Shown here piece by piece: positions 9,350 to 18,261 of a stretch of DNA of 64,000 bases; position 1 is the first letter of the stretch; every line of letters begins with the position of its first letter. The stretch spans positions 310,243 through 374,242 of the forward strand of contig JACKCO010000004.1 of the NCBI GenBank assembly GCA_020633995.1. Reading direction: 5' to 3'. The notes under the pieces were generated by a model. It was given only the letters and a program-made list of their open reading frames with translations. It had not been told where the DNA came from and made no database searches. Both the position numbers and the translations under genes were made by a program. This DNA comes from Campylobacterota bacterium (GTDB lineage: Bacteria; Babelota; Babeliae; Babelales; RVW-14).

Positions 9350-10324
9350 CTATGACAAGACTTTGCTAATAATATAAAAATACAATGGCAACCCGAATGC
9401 TATGTTGAATGGGAAGGTGATTCCCAGTGCCATTGGAATGTAAATTCCAGGGCTTGCTTCAGGGATGATCAGACGCATAACGGCTGGTACAGCGATGTAA
9501 GAAGCGCTAGCGCATGAGGCGCACAATAGAAGACAATTGCCTTTGCTGATACCAAGTAGGTATGAAAGTGTGATAATTGTTATGGCATTGATTAGCGGAA
9601 TACAAAGAGCAAAGCAGGAAAGGAAAAGGCTATTGGCCTTCAGCTCCCACATTCTTTTTGCGGCTATAATTCCCATATCGAGCATGAAAAAACTGAGCAT
9701 GCCTTTGAAGATATCGCTGGTAAATGGCTTGAGTGCTGTAAATCCATGTTCGCCGGCAATTATACCCACAAGAAGGCTGCCGAGCATAAGATATACTGAC
9801 GAGTTCAAAAAAATTTCACGCATAGCATGAGCCTGCTGAGCAGATTTTTTTTCTTGTTTTTGTGGATTATAGACGTGATAAAGGTAAAGCCCAGACATGA
9901 TGGCGGGTGACTCAATCAGGGCCATAGCTGCAACCATGTAACCACCAAACGGTATGTTGAGTGAATACAAAAAGTTTGCAGCGGTTACAAATGTTACCGC
10001 ACTCCCTGCTCCGTATGTTGCCGCGATTGCTGCAGCATCATGTATTTTTACTTTTTTTCGTAAAATGAAAAAGGTATAAAATGGGGTTAGAATTGATGCC
10101 CCGATAGCCACCATGATGGTGCGCATGATGTTGAGCGTTATGCCCGCCTTACTCAGCTCTACGCCTCCATGAAAACCGATAACAAGTAATAGATAGAGTG
10201 ACAAAAATTTTGCAAGTGACTTGGGTATTTCTAAATCAACACGTAAAAATGATGCACCCATCCCAAGAAGGAAGAAAAGGATTGGGGGATTGGTCAGATT
10301 AGTAATTATAATATTTCCGTCCAT
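9350..10324 (-). CDS. sbtA: SbtA-like (DUF897) sodium-dependent bicarbonate-transporter-family permease
   Basis: 324 aa, about 10 TM segments. NPPILFFLLGMGASFL and AATYGAGSAVTFVTAANFL resemble SbtA segments. Classic sbtA-sbtB gene order. Confidence 0.7.
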   Translation of the reverse strand: MDGNIIITNLTNPPILFFLLGMGASFLRVDLEIPKSLAKFLSLYLLLVIGFHGGVELSKAGITLNIMRTIMVAIGASILTPFYTFFILRKKVKIHDAAAIAATYGAGSAVTFVTAANFLYSLNIPFGGYMVAAMALIESPAIMSGLYLYHVYNPQKQEKKSAQQAHAMREIFLNSSVYLMLGSLLVGIIAGEHGFTALKPFTSDIFKGMLSFFMLDMGIIAAKRMWELKANSLFLSCFALCIPLINAITIITLSYLLGISKGNCLLLCASCASASYIAVPAVMRLIIPEASPGIYIPMALGITFPFNIAFGLPLYFYIISKVLS

Positions 10325-10417
10325 GATAGCACTCTAATTTTTTGGTTGATTGTTGTAATAGGTCACTCATAAAGGATAAATGGATAGAACAAAAAAGCGA
10401 GATTTTTTTTACGAGTT

Positions 10418-11152
10418 TTAATTTATAGAAGAAAGATCGCAAAGTTCAAAGGTGAAGGGGAAAATATCGCTGTTTTTGTTTACCCATTTTTTGTACTCTT
10501 CTGGGGCGTATTCTTTAAAGAAATCAAAAACAAGCACTATAATGCGGGGGGACTTACTTTCAAAGGCAAAATCAAGCAGGTTGCTACCAGACTGGTCTGT
10601 GAACTTAATAAGAAAGTTTTTTATATTGTCTTTACTTGAGAAGAGTCGGAGAGTGTTGAGTATATAGCAAACTTCATCAAAACATTGATTTTTTAAGGCT
10701 TGGTAGAGCCGGTTGTCTTCAATCGATATTTCGGTAGCTGAACTGGGTAAAGCAAATGCCATGGCGCTCCATCCCATATGGATAGATGGATGCCTACGTC
10801 TGTAATAGACTACATTAGTTATGTCTTGTGCAATGTGAACTAAGTAATCTAGTGGAATATTTAATTTTTCCATTTCCTTAAGCAAAGCATAAGCAATATT
10901 GGGTTTGTTTTTAGCAAGTGCCAGGTCAATAGGAGTAAAGTTGAATAGGCGAGTTTGCAGGAGTGTCATTAAAACGTGCTGGGATAGATCAGAACATAGC
11001 TTGCTAATTTCTTCAGCATCTGTTGCATCATCAGCACTATCTACAGTGTTATGGAGTAACTCGTAGTCAATTTTAGGTCCTTCTGCAATCAAAGAAAAAG
11101 AGCAAGAGAGCAACGCTGTGATTGTAAAAAAAGTGGTAAGTAGAGTATTCAT
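10418..11152 (-). CDS. Secreted ankyrin-repeat-like protein
   Basis: Signal peptide MNTLLTTFFTITALLSCSFSLIA. Degenerate ANK-like units (TPIDLALAKNKPNIAYALLKEM; SNLLDFAFESKSPRIIVLV). Confidence 0.45.
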   Translation of the reverse strand: MNTLLTTFFTITALLSCSFSLIAEGPKIDYELLHNTVDSADDATDAEEISKLCSDLSQHVLMTLLQTRLFNFTPIDLALAKNKPNIAYALLKEMEKLNIPLDYLVHIAQDITNVVYYRRRHPSIHMGWSAMAFALPSSATEISIEDNRLYQALKNQCFDEVCYILNTLRLFSSKDNIKNFLIKFTDQSGSNLLDFAFESKSPRIIVLVFDFFKEYAPEEYKKWVNKNSDIFPFTFELCDLSSIN

Positions 11153-11154
11153 TA

Positions 11155-11550
11155 TTATTCAACTTTCTCAGGTCTATTATCTTGCAAATGAGGGCAGCGT
11201 TCAAGAATTCTATCTCTGATTGTAGTACTGAGTGACTCGTAATTTTCAAGAAGCAGTGGTATGCCTAGGTTATACATTATAAGAGCTAAAAGTGCTGCTG
11301 ATTCTTTTTTATCTAAGTCTACTGCGATTTCAAAGGGGGTTTTGTTTTGTTCGTTGTTCCTGTCTGTAAGAAGTACTTTTAGTTTGCCAGGATCCTTAAT
11401 ACTAATAATCTTTTGCTTGAGAGCATGGTGACAACTTGTATCTTTTCTCCATGTTTCAATAGTTATGAGAATTTCGTTTTTTGCATGTACGCTAGTTACT
11501 AACAACATCAGGTAAATAAAAAAATATTGTCTAAAATATGGTTCTCCCAA
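11155..11550 (-). CDS. Small secreted ankyrin-repeat-like protein (TTG start)
   Basis: AGGAGG (11561-11566) lies 10 nt upstream of TTG at 11550. This yields the signal-like N-terminus (M)GEPYFRQYFFIYLMLLVTSVHA. The track ORF start at 11721 would overlap the upstream gene by 107 nt. ANK-like NKTPFEIAVDLDKKESAALLAL. Confidence 0.45.
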   Translation of the reverse strand: MGEPYFRQYFFIYLMLLVTSVHAKNEILITIETWRKDTSCHHALKQKIISIKDPGKLKVLLTDRNNEQNKTPFEIAVDLDKKESAALLALIMYNLGIPLLLENYESLSTTIRDRILERCPHLQDNRPEKVE

Positions 11551-11614
11551 GGGTATCACTCCTCCTGATTTTAAATAAACTTTCTTTAGCCTATAAAAAA
11601 AACATAGAATAAAT

Positions 11615-12205
11615 CTAGGATTTAGGAAAATAATCTTGAGGGAGTGTTTGGTGTGCATGGCACCCAAGGAGAATAAGAAAGTATAAAAAAGTGGAATTAT
11701 TATACTCTTGTGCTGCTGCAATCAGTTGTGGTTCGTATGCATGTAACATTGGCTCTATAGCCGCTTGTTCTGTTTGCAGAAAGAGTGCACTAAGCGCTAT
11801 TTTTATTGAGGTGTCTTCTCCCTCTTCTGCTAGGCTAGCAATACCACCTTGGCTATTTATTTTTTGAAGGTACCCTATCAATAAGGGGTCAAACTTTTTC
11901 TTGATTCCTACTTTCTGTATAACCTGGTAAAGAATGCGTGCTTGCTTGATGCGAGCATGTAAGAGTGCATGCTCGAGGGGGGTGTGGTTTTCATGATTGC
12001 GATGCTCCAACAACTTTATTAGGATATCTTTGTCATGGGCATATTTTTTGATTTCTTCGATGAGCACATTTTCTTCGAGAGGAAAAAACGTGCTTTGGTG
12101 TAAGGCGTTGTTGCCTTTGTCATCAGTAATTACTACGGTTTTTGCCAGAGCAGCAGTACATATAAAAAAGATAGCAAGAAGTATTGAGCTTGCCGTTCTT
12201 ACCAT
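11615..12205 (-). CDS. Secreted ankyrin-repeat-like protein
   Basis: Signal peptide MVRTASSILLAIFFICTAALA. DDKGNNALHQ and NHTPLEHALLHARIKQARILY resemble the ANK consensus. Confidence 0.5.
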   Translation of the reverse strand: MVRTASSILLAIFFICTAALAKTVVITDDKGNNALHQSTFFPLEENVLIEEIKKYAHDKDILIKLLEHRNHENHTPLEHALLHARIKQARILYQVIQKVGIKKKFDPLLIGYLQKINSQGGIASLAEEGEDTSIKIALSALFLQTEQAAIEPMLHAYEPQLIAAAQEYNNSTFLYFLILLGCHAHQTLPQDYFPKS

Positions 12206-12246
12206 AACTCTCCTTTCTCCAAATAATTAATGTAGACTCAAATGAA

Positions 12247-12272
12247 AAGGGCGCCTATCAGAAGGCGCCCTT
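12247..12272 (-). terminator. Intrinsic terminator after frr
   Basis: 9-bp GC-rich stem aagggcgcc/ggcgccctt with an 8-nt loop. The minus strand continues ttttcattt. It lies 7 nt after the frr stop. Confidence 0.55.
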
Positions 12273-12278
12273 CAAAAA

Positions 12279-12863
12279 CTATACGGTTTTAATTTCAGCT
12301 TCTTTTTTGTCGTGAATCCCATCAATTGTCTTGATGAACTCATCAGTTACTTTTTGTAAAAGTTCACTGAGCTTTTTGGCAAAATCTTCTGAGATAATGC
12401 GTTTTTTTTCAGCATCTCTGAGTTCGTTATGAAATTCTTTACGAACGTTACGGATGCCTATTTTTGCTTCTTCGGTTTTTTTACCAACAAGCTTAACCAG
12501 CTCATCACGACGAGATGCACTCATTTGTGGTAGTTGAATGCGAACAAGCTCGCCATCGTTGATTGGTGCAGCGCCAAGATCTGATGTTGCAATTGCTTTT
12601 TCAATTTCACCGATAATGCTTTTATCCCACGGTTGAATGGTAAGTAAACGGCTCTCAGGAGCTCCCAGTGTTGCCACCTCACGCAGCGTCATTAATTGCC
12701 CGTAACATTCAACGCGAATGTTTTCAAGGAGTGCAATAGTAGCACGTCCGGTGCGCAGCGATGCCAGTTCCTTCTTAAAGTGTTCAACTGGTTTTTCCAT
12801 ATCTGTGCGTAGAAGCTTTTCAAAGCTTTTGTTATCACCTTCTGAAAATGCAATTTCTTTCAT
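12279..12863 (-). CDS. frr: Ribosome recycling factor
   Basis: 194 aa. LRTGRA..LLENIRVECYG..PWDKS..IRNVRKE are typical RRF motifs. pyrH-frr synteny. Confidence 0.9.
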   Translation of the reverse strand: MKEIAFSEGDNKSFEKLLRTDMEKPVEHFKKELASLRTGRATIALLENIRVECYGQLMTLREVATLGAPESRLLTIQPWDKSIIGEIEKAIATSDLGAAPINDGELVRIQLPQMSASRRDELVKLVGKKTEEAKIGIRNVRKEFHNELRDAEKKRIISEDFAKKLSELLQKVTDEFIKTIDGIHDKKEAEIKTV

Positions 12864-12875
12864 AGTAGGTATCCT

Positions 12876-13577
12876 TTACTTATCTTCGGTTGTAATTATT
12901 GAACCGTATGTTGGGTTGTTTGCAGCATGCTCAAGTGCATTGTCGTTAAAAACATTAAAAACACGGATTGGTAGGTTATATTCTTGGGCCAGACTGATTG
13001 CAGTCAGATCCATAATGCCGAGTTTTAAATCGAGCCCTTCTTGATGCGTTAATGTTTTAAGTGCTTTACTCTTTTTGTTTTTATTGGGATCACCATCATA
13101 GACGTAGTCGACGTTTGTTCCTTTCCACAGTTGTTTTGCGCCCACCTGTAGGCTGCGCATAACAGCGGTAGTGTCAGTCGTGAAAAACGGATTGCCGGTG
13201 CCACCAATGAAGATTATGACCTGATTGCTTTCCAGTGCGAGCCGAAGGCTTTGTGGCCCAACTTGAGGAGCAATGCTTGGCAGTGGCAGTGCAGAAAGCA
13301 AACAGGAGCTAACATCAAGCTGTGCCAAAAAATCATGGAGCATGAGGCCATTGCTCACGGTTGCCAACATTCCAATGGTGTCAGCCGTTGGTTGTTGCAA
13401 GCCAAATTGTACGCCTTGGCTGCGAGCTCTAAAAAAATTGCCGCCACCAATGACAACGCTAACCTGATGTGTTTGGCTCAGTGTTTTAATTTGCTGAGCA
13501 ATTGCACGAGCAGGAATCTCACCATCTTTGCGTGGTGAAAAAATAGTGCCACTCAGTTTGAGCAGTATACGTTCCAT
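12876..13577 (-). CDS. pyrH: Uridylate kinase
   Basis: 233 aa. ILLKLSG..VVIGGGNFFR..GTGNPFFTTDT motifs. tsf-pyrH-frr order. Confidence 0.9.
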   Translation of the reverse strand: MERILLKLSGTIFSPRKDGEIPARAIAQQIKTLSQTHQVSVVIGGGNFFRARSQGVQFGLQQPTADTIGMLATVSNGLMLHDFLAQLDVSSCLLSALPLPSIAPQVGPQSLRLALESNQVIIFIGGTGNPFFTTDTTAVMRSLQVGAKQLWKGTNVDYVYDGDPNKNKKSKALKTLTHQEGLDLKLGIMDLTAISLAQEYNLPIRVFNVFNDNALEHAANNPTYGSIITTEDK

Positions 13578-13594
13578 AAATAACGTCCAGGTCG

Positions 13595-14476
13595 TTAGCG
13601 ACCAACACCAAAGCGAACAAAACGTTTGATAGAAATATTCAGGCCAGTTGTACGACCAATTTCTTTAAGGTATTCTTCAATGCTTTTTTTATCATCTTTG
13701 ATAAATGCTTGGTGAAGAAGGCAAACATCTTGGTAAAACTTTTTAAGTTTTCCGTCAATAATTTTTTCGAGAATATTATCTGGTTTACCGCTTGCTTTAA
13801 GTTGTTCGCGTGCAATGTCACGTTCTTTTTCTACAACTGAACTGTCGAGTTGGTCTGGTGTAATGCACATAGGTTTGGTTACAGCAATTTGCATGCAAAT
13901 GTCTTTTGCTGCTTGTGCTACAGTTTGTGCGTGCTCGCCAACTGGCTTGTCAGTTGCAAGTTCAACAAGTGCGCCAACGGTTGAGCCTGCGTGAATGTAG
14001 TTGTTAACAACGCCATTACCTTCAACTTGGTAGCGGACAAATGAGCCAACCTGAATGTTTTCGCAAATTTTTGCACACAGCTCGTTAAGTTGATCTTGTA
14101 CGGTCATCGCTTCATTATTAAACATTGGCTGCTTGTTGAGCGCTTCAACATCTGCAGGATTTTTCTCGTTAATGTGTTGTGCAATTGCCTGTCCAAAGTT
14201 TTGCATGTCTGTAGTGTTTGCAGAAAAGTCTGTTTCGCAAGTGACGTGTACAAGACTACCAGAGGTAAAGTCGTCAGCAACGTATCCTTCAACGCGTCCG
14301 TTATCAGCGGTGTTTTCAGATCGTTTTGCAGCAACGGCGGCACCTTTTTTACGAAGCAGCTCAATTGCTTTTTCAAGATCGCCGTCAGCTTCGGTTAATG
14401 CTTTTTTGCAGTCCATCATGCCAACTTGTGTTTTCTCGCGTAATTCTTTAACCAGATCCATGGTAATTTTAGACAT
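13595..14476 (-). CDS. tsf: Translation elongation factor Ts
   Basis: 293 aa. N-terminal UBA-like LVKELREKTQVGMMDCKKALTEADGDLEKAIELLRKKG. Confidence 0.92.
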   Translation of the reverse strand: MSKITMDLVKELREKTQVGMMDCKKALTEADGDLEKAIELLRKKGAAVAAKRSENTADNGRVEGYVADDFTSGSLVHVTCETDFSANTTDMQNFGQAIAQHINEKNPADVEALNKQPMFNNEAMTVQDQLNELCAKICENIQVGSFVRYQVEGNGVVNNYIHAGSTVGALVELATDKPVGEHAQTVAQAAKDICMQIAVTKPMCITPDQLDSSVVEKERDIAREQLKASGKPDNILEKIIDGKLKKFYQDVCLLHQAFIKDDKKSIEEYLKEIGRTTGLNISIKRFVRFGVGR

Positions 14477-14630
14477 TATAAATAATCTCCCTCAGCTGAT
14501 CGGTATTAGTATTTGATAAGACATTAGAATAACAATAAATCCCAATAGAAATATTATTTTCTGTTTTTAAAACTTTTAACATTAGTTTGCCAAAATCATG
14601 CAATTTTACAACAGGAGTAGCGAGTTTATT

Positions 14631-14659
14631 TTGACAAAATCGCGTTAAAACTTTATGCT
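14631..14659 (+). promoter_or_regulatory. Putative sigma70-type promoter for rpmF-plsX
   Basis: ttgaca (14631-14636), 17-nt spacer, tatgct (14654-14659), about 70 nt upstream of rpmF. Confidence 0.4.
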
Positions 14660-14728
14660 CGTTACTTAATTATTTCTTTTGAATTTTATTTTGCAAGTTA
14701 TTTTTATATTGCAGGGAGAATTTTAACC

Positions 14729-15019
14729 ATGCCAGTTCCCAAACGGAAAGTATCGAGATCACGTAGAGATAAGCGTTCTGCTAACAAAGGGTTAAGCTAC
14801 AACGCTGCAAGTGTATGTCAAACATGCCAGTCACCAGTTAATCCGCACCAAATTTGCTATGGCTGTGGTTACTACAAAGGACGTAAGGTGTTGCGTACCA
14901 AGACCGATCGCATGTATGAGCGAGGTCAAGCACGTCAAGCACAGCGAGATCAGGGGCAGGCTGCAGGCCTAGCAGCTGAGTCTGTTCAAGAGCCAACGTC
15001 ATCATCATCTGAAGAATAA
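14729..15019 (+). CDS. rpmF: Ribosomal protein L32 with an extended acidic/Gln-rich C-terminal tail
   Basis: MPVPKRKVSRSRRDKRSANK plus CxxC..CxxC zinc ribbon (CQTCQS..CYGCG). About 40 extra residues after the conserved core. Confidence 0.85.
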   Translation: MPVPKRKVSRSRRDKRSANKGLSYNAASVCQTCQSPVNPHQICYGCGYYKGRKVLRTKTDRMYERGQARQAQRDQGQAAGLAAESVQEPTSSSSEE

Positions 15020-15047
15020 TGCACATAACTGATCCGCGTTAGGTGAT

Positions 15048-16016
15048 ATGATAGCGCTTGATGTTATGGGCGGTGATTTTGCACCGGATCCAGTTATTGC
15101 TGGCGCATTGCGAGCCGCAAAGCAGTCGGTGCCGCTTGTTTTAAGTGGCCCAGCTGAGCTCATTAAGCAAAAATGCAGTGCGCTTGATCCAGGTTGGCAG
15201 CAGTACAACATACAAATCATTGATGCAGATCAAGTTATTGAAATGGATGAAGAGCCTGTCTTCGCGGTTAAAAAAAAGCAAAATGCTTCGCTTGTTAAAG
15301 CGGTAGGCGCTGTTCATTCCAAAGTAGCGCAGGCAGTTGTTTCAGCCGGTAATTCAGGTGCGCTCATGGTCGCGGCGACGTTGTTGCTTGGTAGACAGGA
15401 AGGGATTGCCCGTCCTGCGATTGGTGGATTTTTGCCAACGCAAAAAGGAGAGGTATTTGTCCTTGACTTAGGCGCCAACGTTGTATGCAGGCCGGATTAT
15501 TTTTTACAATTTGCTCATGTAGGACAAAAGTTTTTGCGAGCGAACGTCGCAATAGATGCTCCTAAAATCGGGCTCCTTTCTAATGGGCACGAATCTTCAA
15601 AGGGGACACCGGTTCTCAAACAAGCATATCAAGATTTGCAAGCGGCGTATGGACAGTCATTTATAGGTTATATAGAGCCGGGCGATGTACTTGCGCATAA
15701 GGTCGACATGGTGTTGTGTGATGGCTTTGTAGGTAACGTATTGCTTAAGACGGTAGAGGCAATGGGTGCTGTGTACACAGGATTTGTGCATGAGTCGATT
15801 GCGGGAGAACAGGATCAACAAGCAAAACATACGCTTATCAATTGGCAAGCACGATTTGACAAAGAGCTTGATGCAAGGTTAGCATTTAAGCGATGTGGAG
15901 GTGCGCTGTTACTAGGGGTACAAGGAAACGTTATAGTGTGCCATGGCAATGCAGATGCACAGGCGATTGAACGAGCGTTGCTGTTTGCACAAGGTATAGT
16001 AAACAAGGCTAGTTAA
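15048..16016 (+). CDS. plsX: Phosphate acyltransferase PlsX
   Basis: 322 aa. IALDVMGGDFAP N-terminus and GNSGALM motif. rpmF-plsX synteny. Confidence 0.9.
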   Translation: MIALDVMGGDFAPDPVIAGALRAAKQSVPLVLSGPAELIKQKCSALDPGWQQYNIQIIDADQVIEMDEEPVFAVKKKQNASLVKAVGAVHSKVAQAVVSAGNSGALMVAATLLLGRQEGIARPAIGGFLPTQKGEVFVLDLGANVVCRPDYFLQFAHVGQKFLRANVAIDAPKIGLLSNGHESSKGTPVLKQAYQDLQAAYGQSFIGYIEPGDVLAHKVDMVLCDGFVGNVLLKTVEAMGAVYTGFVHESIAGEQDQQAKHTLINWQARFDKELDARLAFKRCGGALLLGVQGNVIVCHGNADAQAIERALLFAQGIVNKAS

Positions 16017-16040
16017 GATAAACAATTCTTAGGAGAGGCT

Positions 16041-16775
16041 ATGGATTTTTCACATTTTCACATTGTTGAATGGTTTGAGCGTGCGCTTGATGCTTTAATT
16101 GCGCAGTGGAAAAAAGTTTTATTAGCTGCGGCAGTTGTGGCAGTTGTGGTAGCAGGATATTTTGGCTATCAATGGTATTTTGCACGTATGCAGCAAAAAG
16201 CTCACTATGATTTGATGCAGGTCGTTAAGGTTTTTGAGGGTAGAATTTCACGTAAAAAAAGTGCGGATGATAATTCCGATATACCAGTGTTTGCCTCTTC
16301 TGATGAAAAATGGCAAGAAGTAGAGCGTGTGTGTGATCGTGCGTTCGAGCAAAATAAAGGCTCCGGACTTGCAGGCATTTTTTTAACCTACAAGGCTGAC
16401 GCGTTGCAACGACTTGATAAGCCAGAAAAAGCAATTGAAGCTCTCAGTCAAGCAATAGAGCTTATTAAAAGCCAGGAACTTAAAGATTTTTACAGCATTA
16501 AAAATGCACTAGTAAAAATTGATAGTGGCAATGAGCGCTTCAAGCAAGAGGGTGTGCAAACACTTGTACAAGCAGCACAAACACCACATCACTATGCTCA
16601 TGAGCAAGCGCTGTATCATGTAGGGTACTATTTCTGGACGGAAAAAGATTTTGCTCAAGCAAAAAATTACTGGCAAGAGTTGTTAGTAAAATATAGCGGA
16701 AAAGATTCACCGCTACAGTCTGGTTATGCAGACTTGGTCAAACCAAAACTTAAACTTATCAGCGCAGACTTTTAG
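16041..16775 (+). CDS. Membrane-anchored TPR-like protein (YfgM-like architecture)
   Basis: A single N-terminal TM (LLAAAVVAVVVAGYFGYQWYF) followed by helical repeats. Confidence 0.4.
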   Translation: MDFSHFHIVEWFERALDALIAQWKKVLLAAAVVAVVVAGYFGYQWYFARMQQKAHYDLMQVVKVFEGRISRKKSADDNSDIPVFASSDEKWQEVERVCDRAFEQNKGSGLAGIFLTYKADALQRLDKPEKAIEALSQAIELIKSQELKDFYSIKNALVKIDSGNERFKQEGVQTLVQAAQTPHHYAHEQALYHVGYYFWTEKDFAQAKNYWQELLVKYSGKDSPLQSGYADLVKPKLKLISADF

Positions 16776-16793
16776 CATTACAGGGAAGAGCTG

Positions 16794-18218
16794 ATGAGTA
16801 CCAAAATGAGCGCGGTACGTGTACGTTTCGCGCCATCTCCAACAGGTTTTTTGCATATTGGCGGGCTTCGTACCGCCATTTTTAATTGGCTTTATGCTCG
16901 CCACCATGGCGGGCAATTTTTGCTTCGCATTGAAGACACCGACCTCGAGCGCAGCAAAGATGAGTTTAAAGATGCTCAGCTTGCGGCCCTTGAGTGGATG
17001 GGGTTTTCATCAGATGAACCATTAGTGTATCAACGAGCGCGTCAGCGTGACCATCTCCAGGCAGTGCGTGCATTGCTTGCAAGTGGTAGAGCGTATCCAT
17101 GTTTTTGTCAGCCCGAAAAAGCAGATGAAGTGGTGAGTCGCCTTGAACACGGAGTTGGGAAAAAATATGACCGCACCTGTCGAGGTAAGCCGTTTTCAGA
17201 TGATGATCTGCAAAAACCGCATGCTATTCGTTTTGCTTTGCCAGAAGATGCTACAACGGTAACGTTTACTGACAAGGTATTGGGGGATATTACAACGGAG
17301 TTTGACCAGTTGGATGATTTTGTCATTGTTCGTCGCGATGGCTCTCCGGTGTACAATTTGTGTGTGGTGCTTGATGACGTGTTCATGCGCATTACACACG
17401 TTATCAGAGGGCAGGACCATGTTTCTAATACACCCAAACAAGTGTTGTTGTATCAGGCACTTGGTTTTCAGGTGCCTCAATTTGCTCACATCCCGCTTAT
17501 TCTAGGAGCTGATGGGAGCAAGCTGAGCAAGCGGCACGCGGCTGTTTCAGTCGACCACTACCGTGAAAAAGGATACTTGCCAGACGCGTTGTGCAACTAT
17601 CTTGTGCGTCTTGGCTGGGCGCATGGTGACCGTGAAGTTTTCTCTCGCGAGGAGTTGATACAGCTTTTCTCACTTGAGCATGTTGGTAAAAGTGGGGCCG
17701 TTTTTGACGGGGCAAAGCTTGATTGGCTCAATGGTTTGTACATGCGCGAGCTAAGCGCTGCGCAGCTGATTAAGTGCATTGCTGTGCTTAATCCAGAATA
17801 TCATCAAGCTTTGCAACAGGCATGGCCGAAAAATCTTGATCAGCTTATTGACTTGTACAAAGCACGAGCAACAACGCTGTGTGATTTGTACAAGCAGGTA
17901 TATTTGTTCTCACAAGATCCACAATCGCTTGATACGGGTTTAGCAGGAAAATGGCTAACTCCAAACACACAAAAATTACTTGGTGATTTTGTAAAAGATC
18001 TTGCAACTGTTCCAGTTGGGGACCTGGAGGCAATTAAAACATTAGCTGCGCGCCTCTGCCAGCAGCATGATGTAAAACTTGTTGCGTTGGCACAGCCTCT
18101 TCGTTTAGCGTTAACAGGAGGGACTGCAAGTCCTGGGGTTTTTGAGATGATTGCATTGTTAGGTTTTGATCGAGCCCAGGTGCGCATTCAAAAATTAGTA
18201 CAAAAGCTTACACAGTAA
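16794..18218 (+). CDS. gltX: Glutamyl-tRNA synthetase
   Basis: 474 aa. Class I HIGH (PSPTGFLHIGG) and KMSKS-type (KLSKRH) motifs. Confidence 0.92.
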   Translation: MSTKMSAVRVRFAPSPTGFLHIGGLRTAIFNWLYARHHGGQFLLRIEDTDLERSKDEFKDAQLAALEWMGFSSDEPLVYQRARQRDHLQAVRALLASGRAYPCFCQPEKADEVVSRLEHGVGKKYDRTCRGKPFSDDDLQKPHAIRFALPEDATTVTFTDKVLGDITTEFDQLDDFVIVRRDGSPVYNLCVVLDDVFMRITHVIRGQDHVSNTPKQVLLYQALGFQVPQFAHIPLILGADGSKLSKRHAAVSVDHYREKGYLPDALCNYLVRLGWAHGDREVFSREELIQLFSLEHVGKSGAVFDGAKLDWLNGLYMRELSAAQLIKCIAVLNPEYHQALQQAWPKNLDQLIDLYKARATTLCDLYKQVYLFSQDPQSLDTGLAGKWLTPNTQKLLGDFVKDLATVPVGDLEAIKTLAARLCQQHDVKLVALAQPLRLALTGGTASPGVFEMIALLGFDRAQVRIQKLVQKLTQ

Positions 18219-18261
18219 ATGCGTGCAGGGGGGTGTCGGCACGTCTGCTCGGAGGAATATT

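Noticed and set aside
11551-11721. This is the N-terminal 57 codons of track ORF 11155..11721.
   Set aside because: It would overlap the upstream gene by 107 nt. A perfect AGGAGG plus TTG at 11550 yields a signal-like N-terminus instead.
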